The notes under the pieces are model-generated. The model was not told the origin of the DNA and did not search any database. It saw only the letters and a list, made by a program, of their open reading frames with translations. 64,000 nucleotides of DNA from Podarcis filfolensis. Its lineage: Eukaryota. The translations under genes and the position numbers were made by a program. Position 1 is the first letter of the stretch. Each line of letters opens with the position of its first letter. The stretch lies in assembly GCA_964270895.1 (NCBI GenBank), contig OZ185435.1; one strand, given 5' to 3'. Shown here in pieces: positions 11,177 to 22,985 of this stretch.

Positions 11177-11574
11177 CTTTAAAGAGAATTGTAAGATGTA
11201 AAAACTGTACTTTCACTCTGTTTTAGATAATACTGGATTGGTACACAAAATGACAACTAAGAAATGCAACAGCAAACAGACTTTTTTGGTGTCTATTCCA
11301 CCAATCCTAAGCAATCTCTGCACTCCCATGTGCTCACAAAACTCTTGTGCATGAGTATTGCCCCATGCAGTTCAGTATAGGGAGCAGATCCTCACTTGTT
11401 ACTCCATCATCAAGTAAAGAATGTAAGAACTCTGAGTAGGAGAATTCCATAAATGCAGAGAGGTCCCACATCCATAAGATACCATTGTATCGGGACAAAT
11501 TTAAAAGGTGCCATTTTCACATGAGACAAGACAGCAAGGAGAAAAAAGAAGTGAGGAAAGATATTTATAGTTAC

Positions 11575-11658
11575 CTGAACCGTATGTATATTCTTCTTCT
11601 CTGTGATACGAAACGGACACCTTTTCTTCTGAAATGGTCCATTGTTGTTCTGTTGGTA
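11575..11658 (-). CDS. TTN: PEVK exon
   Basis: 84 nt; VPTEQQWTISEEKVSVSYHREEEYTYGS. Confidence 0.85.
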
Positions 11659-12588
11659 CTTTAAAAAGCAAGAATTCACTTTAGTGTTTTTTAAATTAAA
11701 GATTTGGTAGACAATGAATCTATCCTTATGGAAGTTGCATAACACCACATACTACATTTAGTGAACTCAGCACCACAGCTCAAAATTACACAATTAGGGT
11801 GGATGTGCCACAGCAATAAAGAGAAACAAAAATCATAAACAGGTAACAACTGAGACCATAAAGCATAAATAGCATTTTCAAGCAGTCCAAACTATTTTTG
11901 TGTGCAAAGAGAATGTACAAAAGCCCTGTTTCCAAAGAAAAGCAGACATAAGAAGAACAAGAGAGTGGACACATACTATTGTGAGTATACAGGAGAAGTT
12001 GTATTAAATGGTAACATATAGTGTAAATTAGATGAACATAGAAGATATTAAAGAAAGAAACCAAAAAGCAAGAATTCTGCACCAATATAGACTCGGTGCC
12101 TAGGTGTTGTGGAAACCCCACAGGACTTAAGAGAACCCTGTTCCCCCACATTCATTTAAAGCACACACACCCTATAGTGATGCGAACTACCATTTCTTCC
12201 TCTAATGGCAAACTCAGATCAAGAACAACAACAGGACTGGAGTCAAAACAGATGGATTTAAGGAGCCTTAAGGAGAAACAAAAGAGGCACTAGCATGCTT
12301 TGGGAGTTGGTGTGTTTTGGAGTGTCGTGATATGGGAAGTAGAAAAACAGAATTGTGGTAAGTGTATGGAGATCTGGGGATTTCTCAAGGCATGGTCACC
12401 ATTCCTGCATAGAGAAAGAGAATGCCATGTGTGACTGTGAAGTGGGAACAATACAATGGGTTAATAAAAACCAGCAATCACTGCAGGTCAGCACAGAGTG
12501 AACATGTGGGCATGCATGCATACATTATGGAAATATTCGGATCAGGGATTACATACAAATGCTGAAAAAATAAAAATGTGTTTTGTAC

Positions 12589-12654
12589 CTTTTCTCTCTA
12601 CCACTTCTTCATGGACCACCTTTCGTGCAGGTTTTGGTGGTGGAGCTTCTGGAG
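12589..12654 (-). CDS. TTN: PEVK exon
   Basis: 66 nt; APEAPPPKPARKVVHEEVVERK. Confidence 0.88.
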
Positions 12655-13270
12655 CTTAAAGGATATAAATAGTTAGTCCCAAGCCTTTTCGGTCATCATC
12701 TAGGCTAAGATTGCATGCAGAAAATGTAACATCACACTGCATATGCGCTTGCATTTTTGCGCCACTTGTGGGATACAATTTACAAAAGACCAAATTAATA
12801 CATAGCAAAGGGTTGTATCCAAATAAGTCATTCTGTTCGTGCAAGGACTTCAATATGCATAGCAGAAGTCCCCTTGTCTCCTCATGCTTTCTCATGTTCC
12901 TCCCCCAAATCTGCTCCAGGGGGTTGGGGAAAACCCCAGAACTCTTAACTATAACCTCTTGCTTTTAATGGGCACCTCATCTCCATTTGCTCCCCCATCA
13001 CTACTTCCTTCCCTCTGCTAGTAGCTGGGCACCTAGTTTGCAAGAAGGAGGTCCAAGGTGAAGTCCCTGGTATCTCCATTTAAAAGGATAGGGTGCAGAT
13101 AACACGAAAGACATCTGCCATGGAGACCAGTGCCAGTCAGAGGAAATAGTACACTGGATCAGATGAACAAAACAGGCTGACCTGTTAAGGCAGTTTCATG
13201 TATTTCATGAATATGAAATTGATGCAAATGTATTAATAGCACATGCAATTTATATCATCTTCAGTAATAC

Positions 13271-13348
13271 CTCTGGCCCGTTTGAGATGTTCTTCCTCCA
13301 TCACTTTAGCCTTTCTTTCCACCTCTTCAGTTACAGGTTTCCGTGTAA
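13271..13348 (-). CDS. TTN: PEVK exon
   Basis: 78 nt; VTRKPVTEEVERKAKVMEEEHLKRAR. Confidence 0.88.
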
Positions 13349-13539
13349 CTACAGGAAATTTAAATAATTTCACATTAGCTGGAAATTGGTTCATTTTACA
13401 CAGAAGTTATCTTAAGAAAATAATGGGAATATGCACTTTTTAAATAGGAAAGGAAAGGAAAGAAAATAGGACTGTGAGAATCTGAATAGGACTTGCTGCA
13501 GTGGGAAATGTTTTGATACTAAAATTCTAAAGGCCATAC

Positions 13540-13632
13540 CTTTTTCTACCACAACTTTCTTCTCTACTTTCTTGGCTGAAATCTCTGGTGGTTTCCGCGT
13601 AGGTGGTTCTGGCTTTCCTGGAACCTGGACAA
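13540..13632 (-). CDS. TTN: PEVK exon
   Basis: 93 nt, phase 1/1; VVQVPGKPEPPTRKPPEISAKKVEKKVVVEK. Confidence 0.88.
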
Positions 13633-13907
13633 CTGTAACATACATTACATTTATATTAGAGAACATTACCTTACACCTGCTTCATAAACATCAAGGATTG
13701 TATAATTGAGAAAGAAAAAGAGTGCAGGGAATGTTAACAGTTGTGTATTCTTGGCCCAAATGGAAATCAACACTGGCCACCATTTGCTTAAGCAGTGCAG
13801 CATTGTTCCATATGCAAAACAATATGCTTATTTTTTTAATATGATCTGTAAGGCAAGATATAGGCAGATTTAGATTGGATGAACATCCATTTGAAATATT
13901 TTCTGCT

Positions 13908-14261
13908 GCTGGATTATGCCAAAATGGCAAAACTGACCAGAAAGCTCAGGAACCAAGAGGACCAAAACTTTAATAAAGAATGAGAAAAAAAATGTAATTT
14001 ACTTGAGAGACCACTGTAAGCAGATGAAAACTTTAGCAGGATTGCAAGAACACTTGTAATGTTGAAAATATTATGGACAAAATGGAGAGACATAAAATTT
14101 GGACGATGAAATAATATGCAGTTGAAAAGGCTGATAATAGGACCCATGGAGGGGAAGGTGGGAAGATTCAGAAAAATCTCTAAATATGGATATGTATTTT
14201 GTATTGTTACAATTCTACACTTGTAAAATCAAATAAAAATTATTATTTTTTAAAAAAAATA
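13908..14261 (+). mobile_element. 5'-truncated L1 (ORF2 C-terminus remnant, 3'UTR, A-tail)
   Basis: Encodes DYAKMAKLTRKLRNQEDQNFNKE*, resembling squamate L1 ORF2 ends (recalled); aataaaa plus A-tail; exact 14-bp TSD aaatattttctgct (13894-13907, 14262-14275). Confidence 0.8.
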
Positions 14262-14600
14262 AAATATTTTCTGCTAGTATATTGCTGCAAAAAAGCAAAA
14301 TTTGATAGAAAAAAAAGGAACAGCAGCTTTTCCAACCACATTTGAGCTCTCTTCCCCCTCCAAAGAACAGTGAAATGAGAGGTATTGGAAAATAATCATA
14401 TAGTGCAGTGGTGGGGAAGCTGTGTCCCTCCAGATATCAACCTTGCCGAATGGGTATGCTGACTGGGGCTGATAGGATATGGAACACATCAACATCTCTA
14501 GATCCACAAATTCCTCAACTGTGATATAGGCAGAAAGGCAGCAAACAAACAAAAACACAGAGAAAACAGAAAGGAGAAAGTTTTAAAAAATGAAACATAC

Positions 14601-14840
14601 CTTCTTTGCGAATTTGCTTTTCCTCATAAGTTACTTGTCTTTCTCCGTATGCCCATTCCTCTTCTCCTTCATCGTATCCTTCTTCTCGTTCATAATATTC
14701 ATGCTCCTCTCCATAATCCTCTTCCCATTCTTCATATTCTTCTTTGTGAACCTCATATACTTCTTCCTTCTTCTCATAAACTGCTTCTTTCTTCTTAGCT
14801 ACAGTGGTTACTTTGACTTCCTGAGGTTTCTTTGCAGGAG
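14601..14840 (-). CDS. TTN: PEVK E-rich exon
   Basis: 240 nt; APAKKPQEVKV...EYYEREEGYDEGEEEW...QIRKE. Confidence 0.92.
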
Positions 14841-14842
14841 CT

Positions 14843-14879
14843 AATAAATAATAATAATAAAATAATAATAATAATAATA
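14843..14879. repeat. (AAT)n microsatellite abutting a splice acceptor
   Basis: aataaataataataataaaataataataataataat directly next to the AG at 14841-14842. Confidence 0.95.
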
Positions 14880-16071
14880 CAAAGCCCAATAAGGTTGATA
14901 TGGGTATTTGCAGTTTTCAGAATAATCATTCCATACATGCATTATTGTGCTTTGAAATTGTACAAATGAAGTTTCTTGTCGTGTAGTTTCAATGCCATGT
15001 CATTCTCAAAGCAACAGCAGCAGGTTGTCCTAAGGTAGATGGATTTATTAGAGCTTACGAATGGATAGATGAATTAAATGAAAGCTTTCTGCTCAGTGAA
15101 ATCTAGGGATAGATGAATCTGTCAATGACTGTTTCTCTCAGCTTCTTGTTTTTCCCAGTCTTAAATTCAGTTCTCTTTATGCAACATTTATTTATTTTTT
15201 AAATTCCTCATGAAAATCCACCAACATTTTTCCATGCAGTTTTGACCAATGCACATATTTTTGCAAGTATTTCCCCCTAATATAATGAAATGTTTTGATG
15301 ATTTGATGCATTTTTATGTGCAGTTGCCCCTAGTATACAATTTTTTTGTTGGAGAACTACATCACAAAATTTGAAGGAGTGTGAATTTCAAAGGAGAGCT
15401 GCATTTCAGTTTGGCTATTGGATCAAAAAGTGTGAACTAGTTAGTTTGTCATTAAAACGGAAACAAAATTGAATGTCTCCTCCATCCCTATGAAATACAA
15501 TTCTGCATGGAAGTGTCCATTGATATAAGAAAAGGAGAGGAGGTTTTTTTTTTTCTGAACCCTCTCCTCCATTTTCTGCTGCAGCCCCTTGTGTCCCCAG
15601 AAAACCAGTTCAAGAGGTTTCACTCTGGAACAGTGTGGAAGGTTAGGGTAATAATGAAACTAATGAAAAAACTGCCTCCTAATCTCTTGTGCTAGCACAC
15701 ACCTCCACTAGATCAAAAGCTATTCTGCTTTAATTCTACCCACTGTCTTTTCAAAGTCCTTTTAATAAACTATCAGTATTTCAGTGGGTATTCTAGTCAA
15801 CTGATAGTTAAATCCCCTGGCTTATCTGTAGCAAGCTCCTGAAGTAAACGTTGAAGAAAGAGTTCAAATTAGTATTATCTGTAAAATCCTGTAAAGGGAT
15901 TCATAGGATGACCTTTGCATGAATAATGATGTTAGGATGACTGAAGGGAAAATGAAGAATGACAGCGCCACATTTTAAATGGCCAAAGCAACAAAAGAGG
16001 GAGAGTGGATGCCATTCTCCCCATAAAATATTATTTTCTTAGTATGTGCATTTCAGTATTTGATTCTTTAC

Positions 16072-16149
16072 CTTCTGTTGGAATAATTTCCTGTACTTTA
16101 GGAACTGGGACTAGGGCCGAAGATGGGGGTTCTGGTTCCTTTACCACTT
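16072..16149 (-). CDS. TTN: PEVK exon
   Basis: 78 nt; EVVKEPEPPSSALVPVPKVQEIIPTE. Confidence 0.88.
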
Positions 16150-16426
16150 CTGAAACATTTACAGATATGTGTGATAAGCGGCTTGATTGAGCATCATGAG
16201 CTAGCCTTTGGATTTAATTTCACCTGGTCTCGTTAACATCAGTTAGCTGAAACTGGACTGAGATCTTCGCTTTGTATTGTTAAGATGCATGGCATTCTCA
16301 TTAACATTTAAAGACAAATGGGAGAGAAACAAATCTCGGGAACAAATATTGCTAATTAAGTCTTTTGTCAAATTCAGCAGCGACAACCCAACTGAGGCTG
16401 CAATCACACACACAAGACCTAATAAT

Positions 16427-16683
16427 AGCCTCCTGAATCAGGCTAATGGCCCATCTAATCCAAAATCCTGTTCTCACAGTGGCCAACCAGATGCCTGAGG
16501 GAAACCAGGGAGCAGAACATTAGCACAAGAGCAATTCTCCTCTCCTGTGGCTCCCAGCAACGAGTTTTCGGAAGCATTGCTTCCTCCAACTGTGGTAGAA
16601 GTGGAGTAGGGAAGTCATGGCTAGTAGCCACTGGCAGTCTTCCCCTCCATTAATTTGCCTAATACTCTTTTAAAGCCATCCAC
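16427..16683 (-). mobile_element. CR1 LINE 3'-end fragment
   Basis: ggatcagg(c)aatggcccatcta.tcca..atcctgttctcacagtggccaaccagatgcc-like motif typical of squamate CR1 3'UTRs (recalled); boundaries approximate. Confidence 0.65.
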
Positions 16684-17340
16684 AGCTAGGGAGGAATTCA
16701 ATGTCATGCGAGGACAACTGTTCCACCAGGGGAAACATTTTGACTTGCCAGACAGAATGACCCCCCTCTCTTCCCACTGTTCTGAGGATTGTCTTGATTC
16801 CCCCCTCCCCCCAAACCAGTTTCATGGGGGAGGGGGGGACACAGGGAGAGGGGAAGCCCCATTGTGCAAGTGGAAGTCCCCGTGCAGGTCTTCCACTGAC
16901 AGGACTCATGAGTGGAATCCTGCCCTTACAATGCAGTCCTAACCAGGTACACTCCAGTGTAAGCCCTATTGAATTCTTACTCCCAGATAAGTGAGGGCAG
17001 ATTGTAGACTGTAAGTCCCATTGGCTGAATAGAAATCTGAGTAGACATGCATATGGCTGCTCTGTGACCTAAGCTGGAGCTGTGTCTTAATAAGCAAATA
17101 GTACTGGACCCCATTGCATGAACAGAGCCTACACATGCTTGCAGATATAGAAGATGTTCCTGAACTTATGCATTTGTAGTAACGTGTGAAAACTCCTAAA
17201 GTTTTTAGAAGGAGAGGAACATGGTCCCTCCCCCTTTCCTTTGCTGTGATTATGCCTTAATCTACTCTGGTTAACATATGTTCCTTATAAATCAATTTTA
17301 TAGTACTGTATTTGAATCAACACTTCTGGTATGATAGTAC

Positions 17341-17418
17341 CTTTAGGAGGGGCAACCTCTTCTGGAGCTTTTGGAACCACCTTTTTGGTGACTTTCTGCA
17401 CGGTTGTCTTTTTAACGA
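17341..17418 (-). CDS. TTN: PEVK exon
   Basis: 78 nt; VVKKTTVQKVTKKVVPKAPEEVAPPK. Confidence 0.9.
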
Positions 17419-17534
17419 CTAAAACAAGTACAAAATAAATAAAGCCATTAGCCACCCAAAATGAACCCAGCAGCAAGTGAAAGTGCATGTGAAGATCTGC
17501 TTTTCTGAGCATGTATGCAACAGAATTGTAATAC

Positions 17535-17591
17535 CTTTTTCCTTTTTCTTCTCTTCTGGCATAAGAAGGAAGAGAGGAAGAGCAGGAGTTT
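17535..17591 (-). CDS. TTN: PEVK exon
   Basis: 57 nt; ETPALPLFLLMPEEKKKEK. Confidence 0.85.
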
Positions 17592-17701
17592 CTGATAAAC
17601 GCAAGGGAAAATTCAATCAATGAACATTCATATGGCACACAAGTTCTAAACCACCTGCTCTCCCACCCTTAACCGCGGAATCTTTTGTATATAAGGTTTA
17701 C

Positions 17702-17749
17702 CTTCAGCTGGAACTTCAACAGGAACTGCAACTCTAGCATCTGGGATAT
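17702..17749 (-). CDS. TTN: PEVK exon
   Basis: 48 nt; DIPDARVAVPVEVPAE. Confidence 0.9.
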
Positions 17750-18799
17750 CTGGAGAACCAAATGTGCAGGGAAAGGGACCATCAGATTAATCTGGTTGCA
17801 TCCCATATACGAATAAGAAACTCATTCTAGGAGTGTGGATCCTTACACAGCTTAAGTGACACCACACATACACACACGGGAGGTACCGAAAGCTTTGGAA
17901 ATCTCTTAAGGCAGGTATGGGGAAACTTTGGCCCTCCTGATGTTGCTGAACAACAACTCTCACTGGCCATGCTTGTTGAGCAACTTCTGGAGGGCCAAAG
18001 GTTCCCATCTGTCATGAAGTTTGCAGAAGCGCAAAAACTTATTTCCAAAGCAGGGGAACCAAGCACAGCACAATAAGGAATGAAAAGGGGCCACAGCATG
18101 CTAGCTGACTTTTCTGGGGGAGGGGGGAGAGAAATTAAAAACCAGGAGGAAAAGAATAGTGTGTCCTGGAATGGAATGGACTGTCCTGGTTCAGTTAGAA
18201 GATGACTCTTAAGTCATTTGCCCTTATGAAAAAGCCATTCTAAATATTCCATTTGGCTTAGATCCAGATGTTTCACCCACTGACAGGAGCATCCTGCTAG
18301 TGGGAGCAGAACTCCGGCGGAAGGAAAGGCGATGCCTTTTGCCAATTCCGCCTTCCCTCTGCAGTCCCTTGCACCCTCTGAAAATCTGTTCCAGGGGGTT
18401 AGGAGGCCTTCAAAAATGGCAGAAAGGATGAGGTATTTTCAGGATAGAAGGGTGGCTTTCATTTGCAAGCAACTAAGTTTGGCTCCAACCCTTTAATTGT
18501 CCTACTTGGAACACACAAGAACAAATAGCCTATGCTCACTGAAACTAACTTTAATATGAAGGCTGCAGGCTTATGTGCATGTACCAGGGGATTTTCAGCC
18601 CCACCCCCATCCAGAAACATCCAGAGGCCATTGCTGAAAATCTGGGGAGGCTCCACAGTAGCATCCAACCCAGAGGGGTAGGGGCTTCTGGTGGAAGGGG
18701 AAATGTACAGGCAGAGAACCTCATCATGTGTGGGCACTCTGGTGTTTCAAAAACAAAAATAAAACTTGAGACAAACGCATCCATGCTTTTTTTCTTTAC

Positions 18800-18826
18800 C
18801 TGGGGGCTTCACTTCCAGTTTAATTT
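18800..18826 (-). CDS. TTN: PEVK-entry microexon
   Basis: cttgcag|27 nt|GTAAAG; EIKLEVKPP (human EIKLELKPP, recalled). Confidence 0.9.
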
Positions 18827-18946
18827 CTGCAAGAGAAGAAAGTAGATTTGCATTTGAAATTATTTCCACTTCGCGGACATCATTTCCACCCTTCCATCTT
18901 ACGTCCTGTGTTGGGTTTTTTTAAGATGAAGAAAGCATTTACTAAC

Positions 18947-19024
18947 CTTTAGTAGTCAGATAAAGTTCAGCAGTGCTTCTTGCTTCACCTCTTGGCTCAA
19001 GACGAGCAATGACAGAATACACCC
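18947..19024 (-). CDS. TTN: N2A exon 8 (I83, second part)
   Basis: 78 nt; GVYSVIARLEPRGEARSTAELYLTTK. Confidence 0.95.
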
Positions 19025-19137
19025 CTGAAATCACAAGGGCAATTTGTTATGTGACATCATTTTTGTCAGCAACGGGGGGGGGGACACGGGGGACGGGGGA
19101 CAACAGCAAGGGAAGGAAGCAAATAGTGTAACATTAC

Positions 19138-19347
19138 CTTCATCATCTGCAGTAACGTTGTGGATAGTCATATAATGGCAACGGCCTTCACTTCTGAAAC
19201 TGTACTTTTGACTCTCCCTGAGTTCAACTTTGCCTTTATACCATGTGACGACTGCATCATCAAAGGATACCTCGCACTCAAAGGTTGCAGATTGGTATTC
19301 GCTCACCACTATGTTCTGAATGGTCTTTGTAAACTGGATGGGTTCAG
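19138..19347 (-). CDS. TTN: N2A exon 7 (I83, first part)
   Basis: 210 nt; AEPIQFTKTIQNIVVSE...NVTADDE. Confidence 0.95.
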
Positions 19348-19873
19348 CTGTTTTTGGAAACAATTTTTTAAAAATGTAACCATTATTCCTTTACACAATT
19401 AATTTTTTTTTCATCCTTACATGAAGCTTTGCATACATACACGACTCCACCCAAAAACAAAGAAAGTTATACAAAGAACTGAGCATTCGGCATTCCATGA
19501 CAGCGAGTTCATATACTGGAAGTAGACCCAAAACTTAAGATAGTTGGCACAGTGCTGTGCCAGAAGCAAGAGAAGCCAGGTAACAATGGAAAGGGCTGCG
19601 ATCATCGTAAAAACCACAGCATAAAAGTGCCAAATGGTGAAATGGGGTGGAAAAATCCCTCCCATTGTAAAGTCAAGCTACAAGAATGTTCAAAGAGAAA
19701 TAAGCTGAGATAACAATGAGTACAATGACAGCATGACTGATATCTTGGGCGATGGGGGAAGAAGTATAGCAGAATTTTCTTCAAACAGAGGATTTCCCAG
19801 CATTGTCTTTTCTGTCTTATTTGTCAAGATTACCCCCAAACTTGCTTATTCTTACATAAAGATATATACAAAC

Positions 19874-20134
19874 CTTCAATGGTTAGGTCAGCAGTTGTTT
19901 CTAGATGGTCAAACCTGCAGGTATAGCGCCCCTGGTCTTCTGTTCGCACATCCTTAATAATGAGCCTGTGCATCTTCTCTGAGACTTCAGCTGAATATCT
20001 ACCTCCTATCTTAAGAGCCTTTCCATTTCTGAACCACTGGGATTTTGCATTTGGAACAGAAAACTGGCAGACGAAAGAGCATGTAAAGCCTTCCTTGAGT
20101 GAAGTGTCGCGCAGATGCCGTTCAATTGCTGGTT
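19874..20134 (-). CDS. TTN: N2A exon 6 (I82)
   Basis: 261 nt; EPAIERHLRDTSLKEG. Confidence 0.95.
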
Positions 20135-20221
20135 CTGTTAGCAAGTTCAAGTACATATTTTAGAAAATGCCAAGCAAAACCAAAGCTTAAGTTTGTGTTA
20201 AACAGGAAATTTTGCACTTAC

Positions 20222-20489
20222 CAATCACAGTAAGCTTAGCGCTGGCAATATGTGGCCCACAGACCACTCTGTAATTTCCTTGATCTCCAAGTTGACAATT
20301 CCTGATTTTAAGTATGTGTCGGTCGCCTTCAATTCTTATTTCATACTTGTTGTTGGAGTCCAGTTTTTCCGTGCCTTTGTACCAGGAAAGTTTGATTTCT
20401 GGATAGTTAATTTTAATCTCACACTCAAACACGGCATCTTCATCTGTTACTACAGTCAGATCTTCAATATCTCTGATCAGAGTGACGGG
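20222..20489 (-). CDS. TTN: N2A exon 5 (I81)
   Basis: 268 nt, phase 0/1; PVTLIRDIEDLTV...INYPEIKLSWYKG. Confidence 0.95.
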
Positions 20490-20601
20490 CTGAAAAACAT
20501 TTTTTCATATGTTTGACTGTTTCAGAGCACAGCCTATGCTATGTATTAGCTACAGTTGTCAGCACACATAATTAAATTTTGTAATATATGGCAATAACTA
20601 C

Positions 20602-20691
20602 CTCTGTCTGTGTAAGTCTTTGCTGAATAAATGATACCAGTTCATCAAACTCTTGTTCTTCCCTTCTGGATCTCTGTGTTACTTCAATCTC
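20602..20691 (-). CDS. TTN: N2A exon 4 (end of UN2A)
   Basis: 90 nt, phase 0/0; EIEVTQRSRREEQEFDELVSFIQQRLTQTE. Confidence 0.95.
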
Positions 20692-21202
20692 CTGTTGGAA
20701 CAAAAACCATGGTTTAAAATGGTAGAAAACCTTCATGCTTTTAGCTGTTCCCCTTTGCCACAACTTTATGAAAATGAAGCAGTTCTGTATATTCAATGCA
20801 GATCTAACTTCCTTTACATGCAGGACAGCTCAACTCCAATCCTTCCAAAATGCTTAAGGTTACCCAAAGAGAACCCAGTAAAAACTATCAGAAGCACATC
20901 TTTTCTTCTCTGCTGTCCCTAAACAATGCCTCTTAGTCTATACACCTCATGTGATGAGGTATGATTGACATCTTTTGGAGAACAACACTGAGTAGGGTTT
21001 GCTGTGAAGATGCCATGAATAAACTACCCCCAAATGTGAACCTTCATGACATCAGAAGCAACAGCTAAGTTCCAAAATAGAATATAAATCTCTGTAATTG
21101 GTTAACTGCATAGCTGGAATATTGAACACACTTATTTAAGCAATAATAGCACAACACATTTCAAAAAATTACTCTGAAGCAAATGTATATGCTGGTATTT
21201 AC

Positions 21203-21386
21203 CAGTCTATGAGTTTCTTCTTCCTGGCTTTGTTTCAGCAGCTCAAAGGCTTGGAGGAGACCTCGGAAATCGGTAATTCCATACATACGTGCATATTTTT
21301 CATATTCTTTAGGATCTACATTTTTCAGAAGTTCCATTATATCAATGGCCTTTTCTTCCTCATCTTCCTTCCTTTTAGTTGGGGTC
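21203..21386 (-). CDS. TTN: N2A exon 3 (UN2A unique sequence)
   Basis: 184 nt, phase 2/0; IDIMELLKNVDPKEYEKYARMYGITDFRGLLQAFELLKQSQEEETHRL. Confidence 0.96.
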
Positions 21387-21661
21387 CTACAGAAATGGCA
21401 GAATTTTTGGTGTTGTTCATAAAATATGCTCTCTGTGTTGAATGGTTCAATGTTCTGAATTGCTAAATTGCTAAAGCTATTTTTGGTCATCTGCATACTA
21501 TCCCTTGCTTTTTCCTGTAAGACTAGTTGCAGTCGTTAACAGTCGTCAACAGGTTTACCATACCCATTGAGTCAATCACCCATCTCCTACTACCCTTCTG
21601 AGAAAATCCCCACCTCACCCTCCCACTATATATTAGGGTCTGGTGACTTCTGTTTCAGTGT

Positions 21662-21800
21662 ATCTGAAGACGTGTGCATGCACAAGAAAGCTTGTACCCA
21701 GAACAAACTTAGTTGGTCTCTAAGGTGCTACTGGACAATGTTTTAATTTTTTTATTTATTTTGACTGTGTCAGACCATCATGGCTACCTACCTGAATCTA
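21662..21800. mobile_element. Penelope-like terminal fragment
   Basis: ctgaagacgtgtgcatgcacaagaaagctt..ccagaacaaacttagttggtctctaaggtgctac, a motif typical of lacertid Penelope-derived ends (recalled). Confidence 0.6.
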
Positions 21801-22476
21801 GAATCCTTTTTCAACTCAGCCAAGCTTATCTCTGTATGCACAATGCATAGGTTTGCACTTAGTTAACTTTTCAGATAATTTACATTCCTTTATGTAACAT
21901 GCCATGGAGAATCATAAATTACTTCTTGACAAGTTTCTCTTAATGATTTTTCTGACCAGGAAAAAGAACTTTACATTCATGCCCTTAAAACAGCATGTCT
22001 GATATATCCCCATAGGTCTGCTGTCATGTTGTGGGGTATCTCATTCATATACAACTGGATATGGATTAAATCATACTCTCTGAAATCAGTGGGACTTGTT
22101 AGTCATGATTAAGCACAACCTAAACCATAATGTTTGATTTTCTAAAACTGATGGCTGTTGTCCTCAGCATTAGAGAGTGGATCAAATTGTGGTTTCAGAC
22201 TTTAATTAATACAACATTCTGTTAGTCCCTAGTGCTGAGAAGGCTGCAAAAGGCTACATAACATCTACTACATGTTTACCACACTGAAGTTTGAGTGTCA
22301 TGATCAGGAATAGACCGATAGACTTCAAGAAGCATGTTTAGTTAGAAATAAGTCCTGCTGATTCCAGTGGAACACGGCTGCTATTAAGAGTGTTTAGGGT
22401 TGCAGCCTGAGTTATATTTGTGGTTCAGATGCTGCCTCACCTTCAGATTAAAACTTAGAGCAATTCTGGTACTTAC

Positions 22477-22759
22477 TTCTTTAGTTTTGCTCTAAGATCA
22501 CCTTCTATCACTTCTTGTTTCTTCTCCTCAACCTGTAGGTTGACGTTGCTGTCAATTTCACCGTGTTGATTGAAAGCCACACATCTGTAATGCCCAGAAT
22601 CAGTTTTTGTTGTATCCTTTATTTCCAGCTTGGCTTCATCTCCTCTTTGCTGGATGCTAATGCGACCTCCTTGGTTGAGTTGCCTCCATTTTCCCTTCAT
22701 CCATTTAACATTGGGGATGGGATCGCCACCTACTTTGGCAATAAATGTTGCAACGCTCT
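22477..22759 (-). CDS. TTN: N2A exon 2 (rest of I80)
   Basis: AG..GTAAGT, 283 nt, phase 1/2; SVATFIAKVGGDPIPNVKW...GDLRAKLKK. Confidence 0.95.
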
Positions 22760-22889
22760 CTGATGAAGAAGAAAAGAAATGAAATGTGGTAAAGAAAATA
22801 TCTGTCCCTGGCCAGGGGAAAACAGCAGTCAACATATGCCAAATTCAAGTATTATGAAAGATGGCTATTTTTTTTAAAGCTTGGCTTAC

Positions 22890-22985
22890 TTTCGATGACA
22901 GTGATGCTTTGAGGCTCCGAGACGAAGTAAAGCTTGCCATCAGTTGGTGCTTTCTTAGCTGCTGCTGGTGCAGCTGCTGCTTTTT
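22890..22985 (-). CDS. TTN: N2A exon 1 (linker and first strand of I80)
   Basis: AG..GTAAG, 96 nt; EKAAAAPAAAKKAPTDGKLYFVSEPQSITVIE. Confidence 0.93.

Noticed and set aside
12170-12266. Possible extra PEVK exon containing PLEEEMVVR
   Set aside because: The phase-1 frame has a stop (TGA) and the open frame is not phase-compatible or PEVK-like.
13624-13626. Alternative acceptor giving an exon starting VPGKPEPP
   Set aside because: It would be phase 0, incompatible with its phase-1 neighbours; the upstream AG at 13633-13634 gives an in-frame 93-nt exon.
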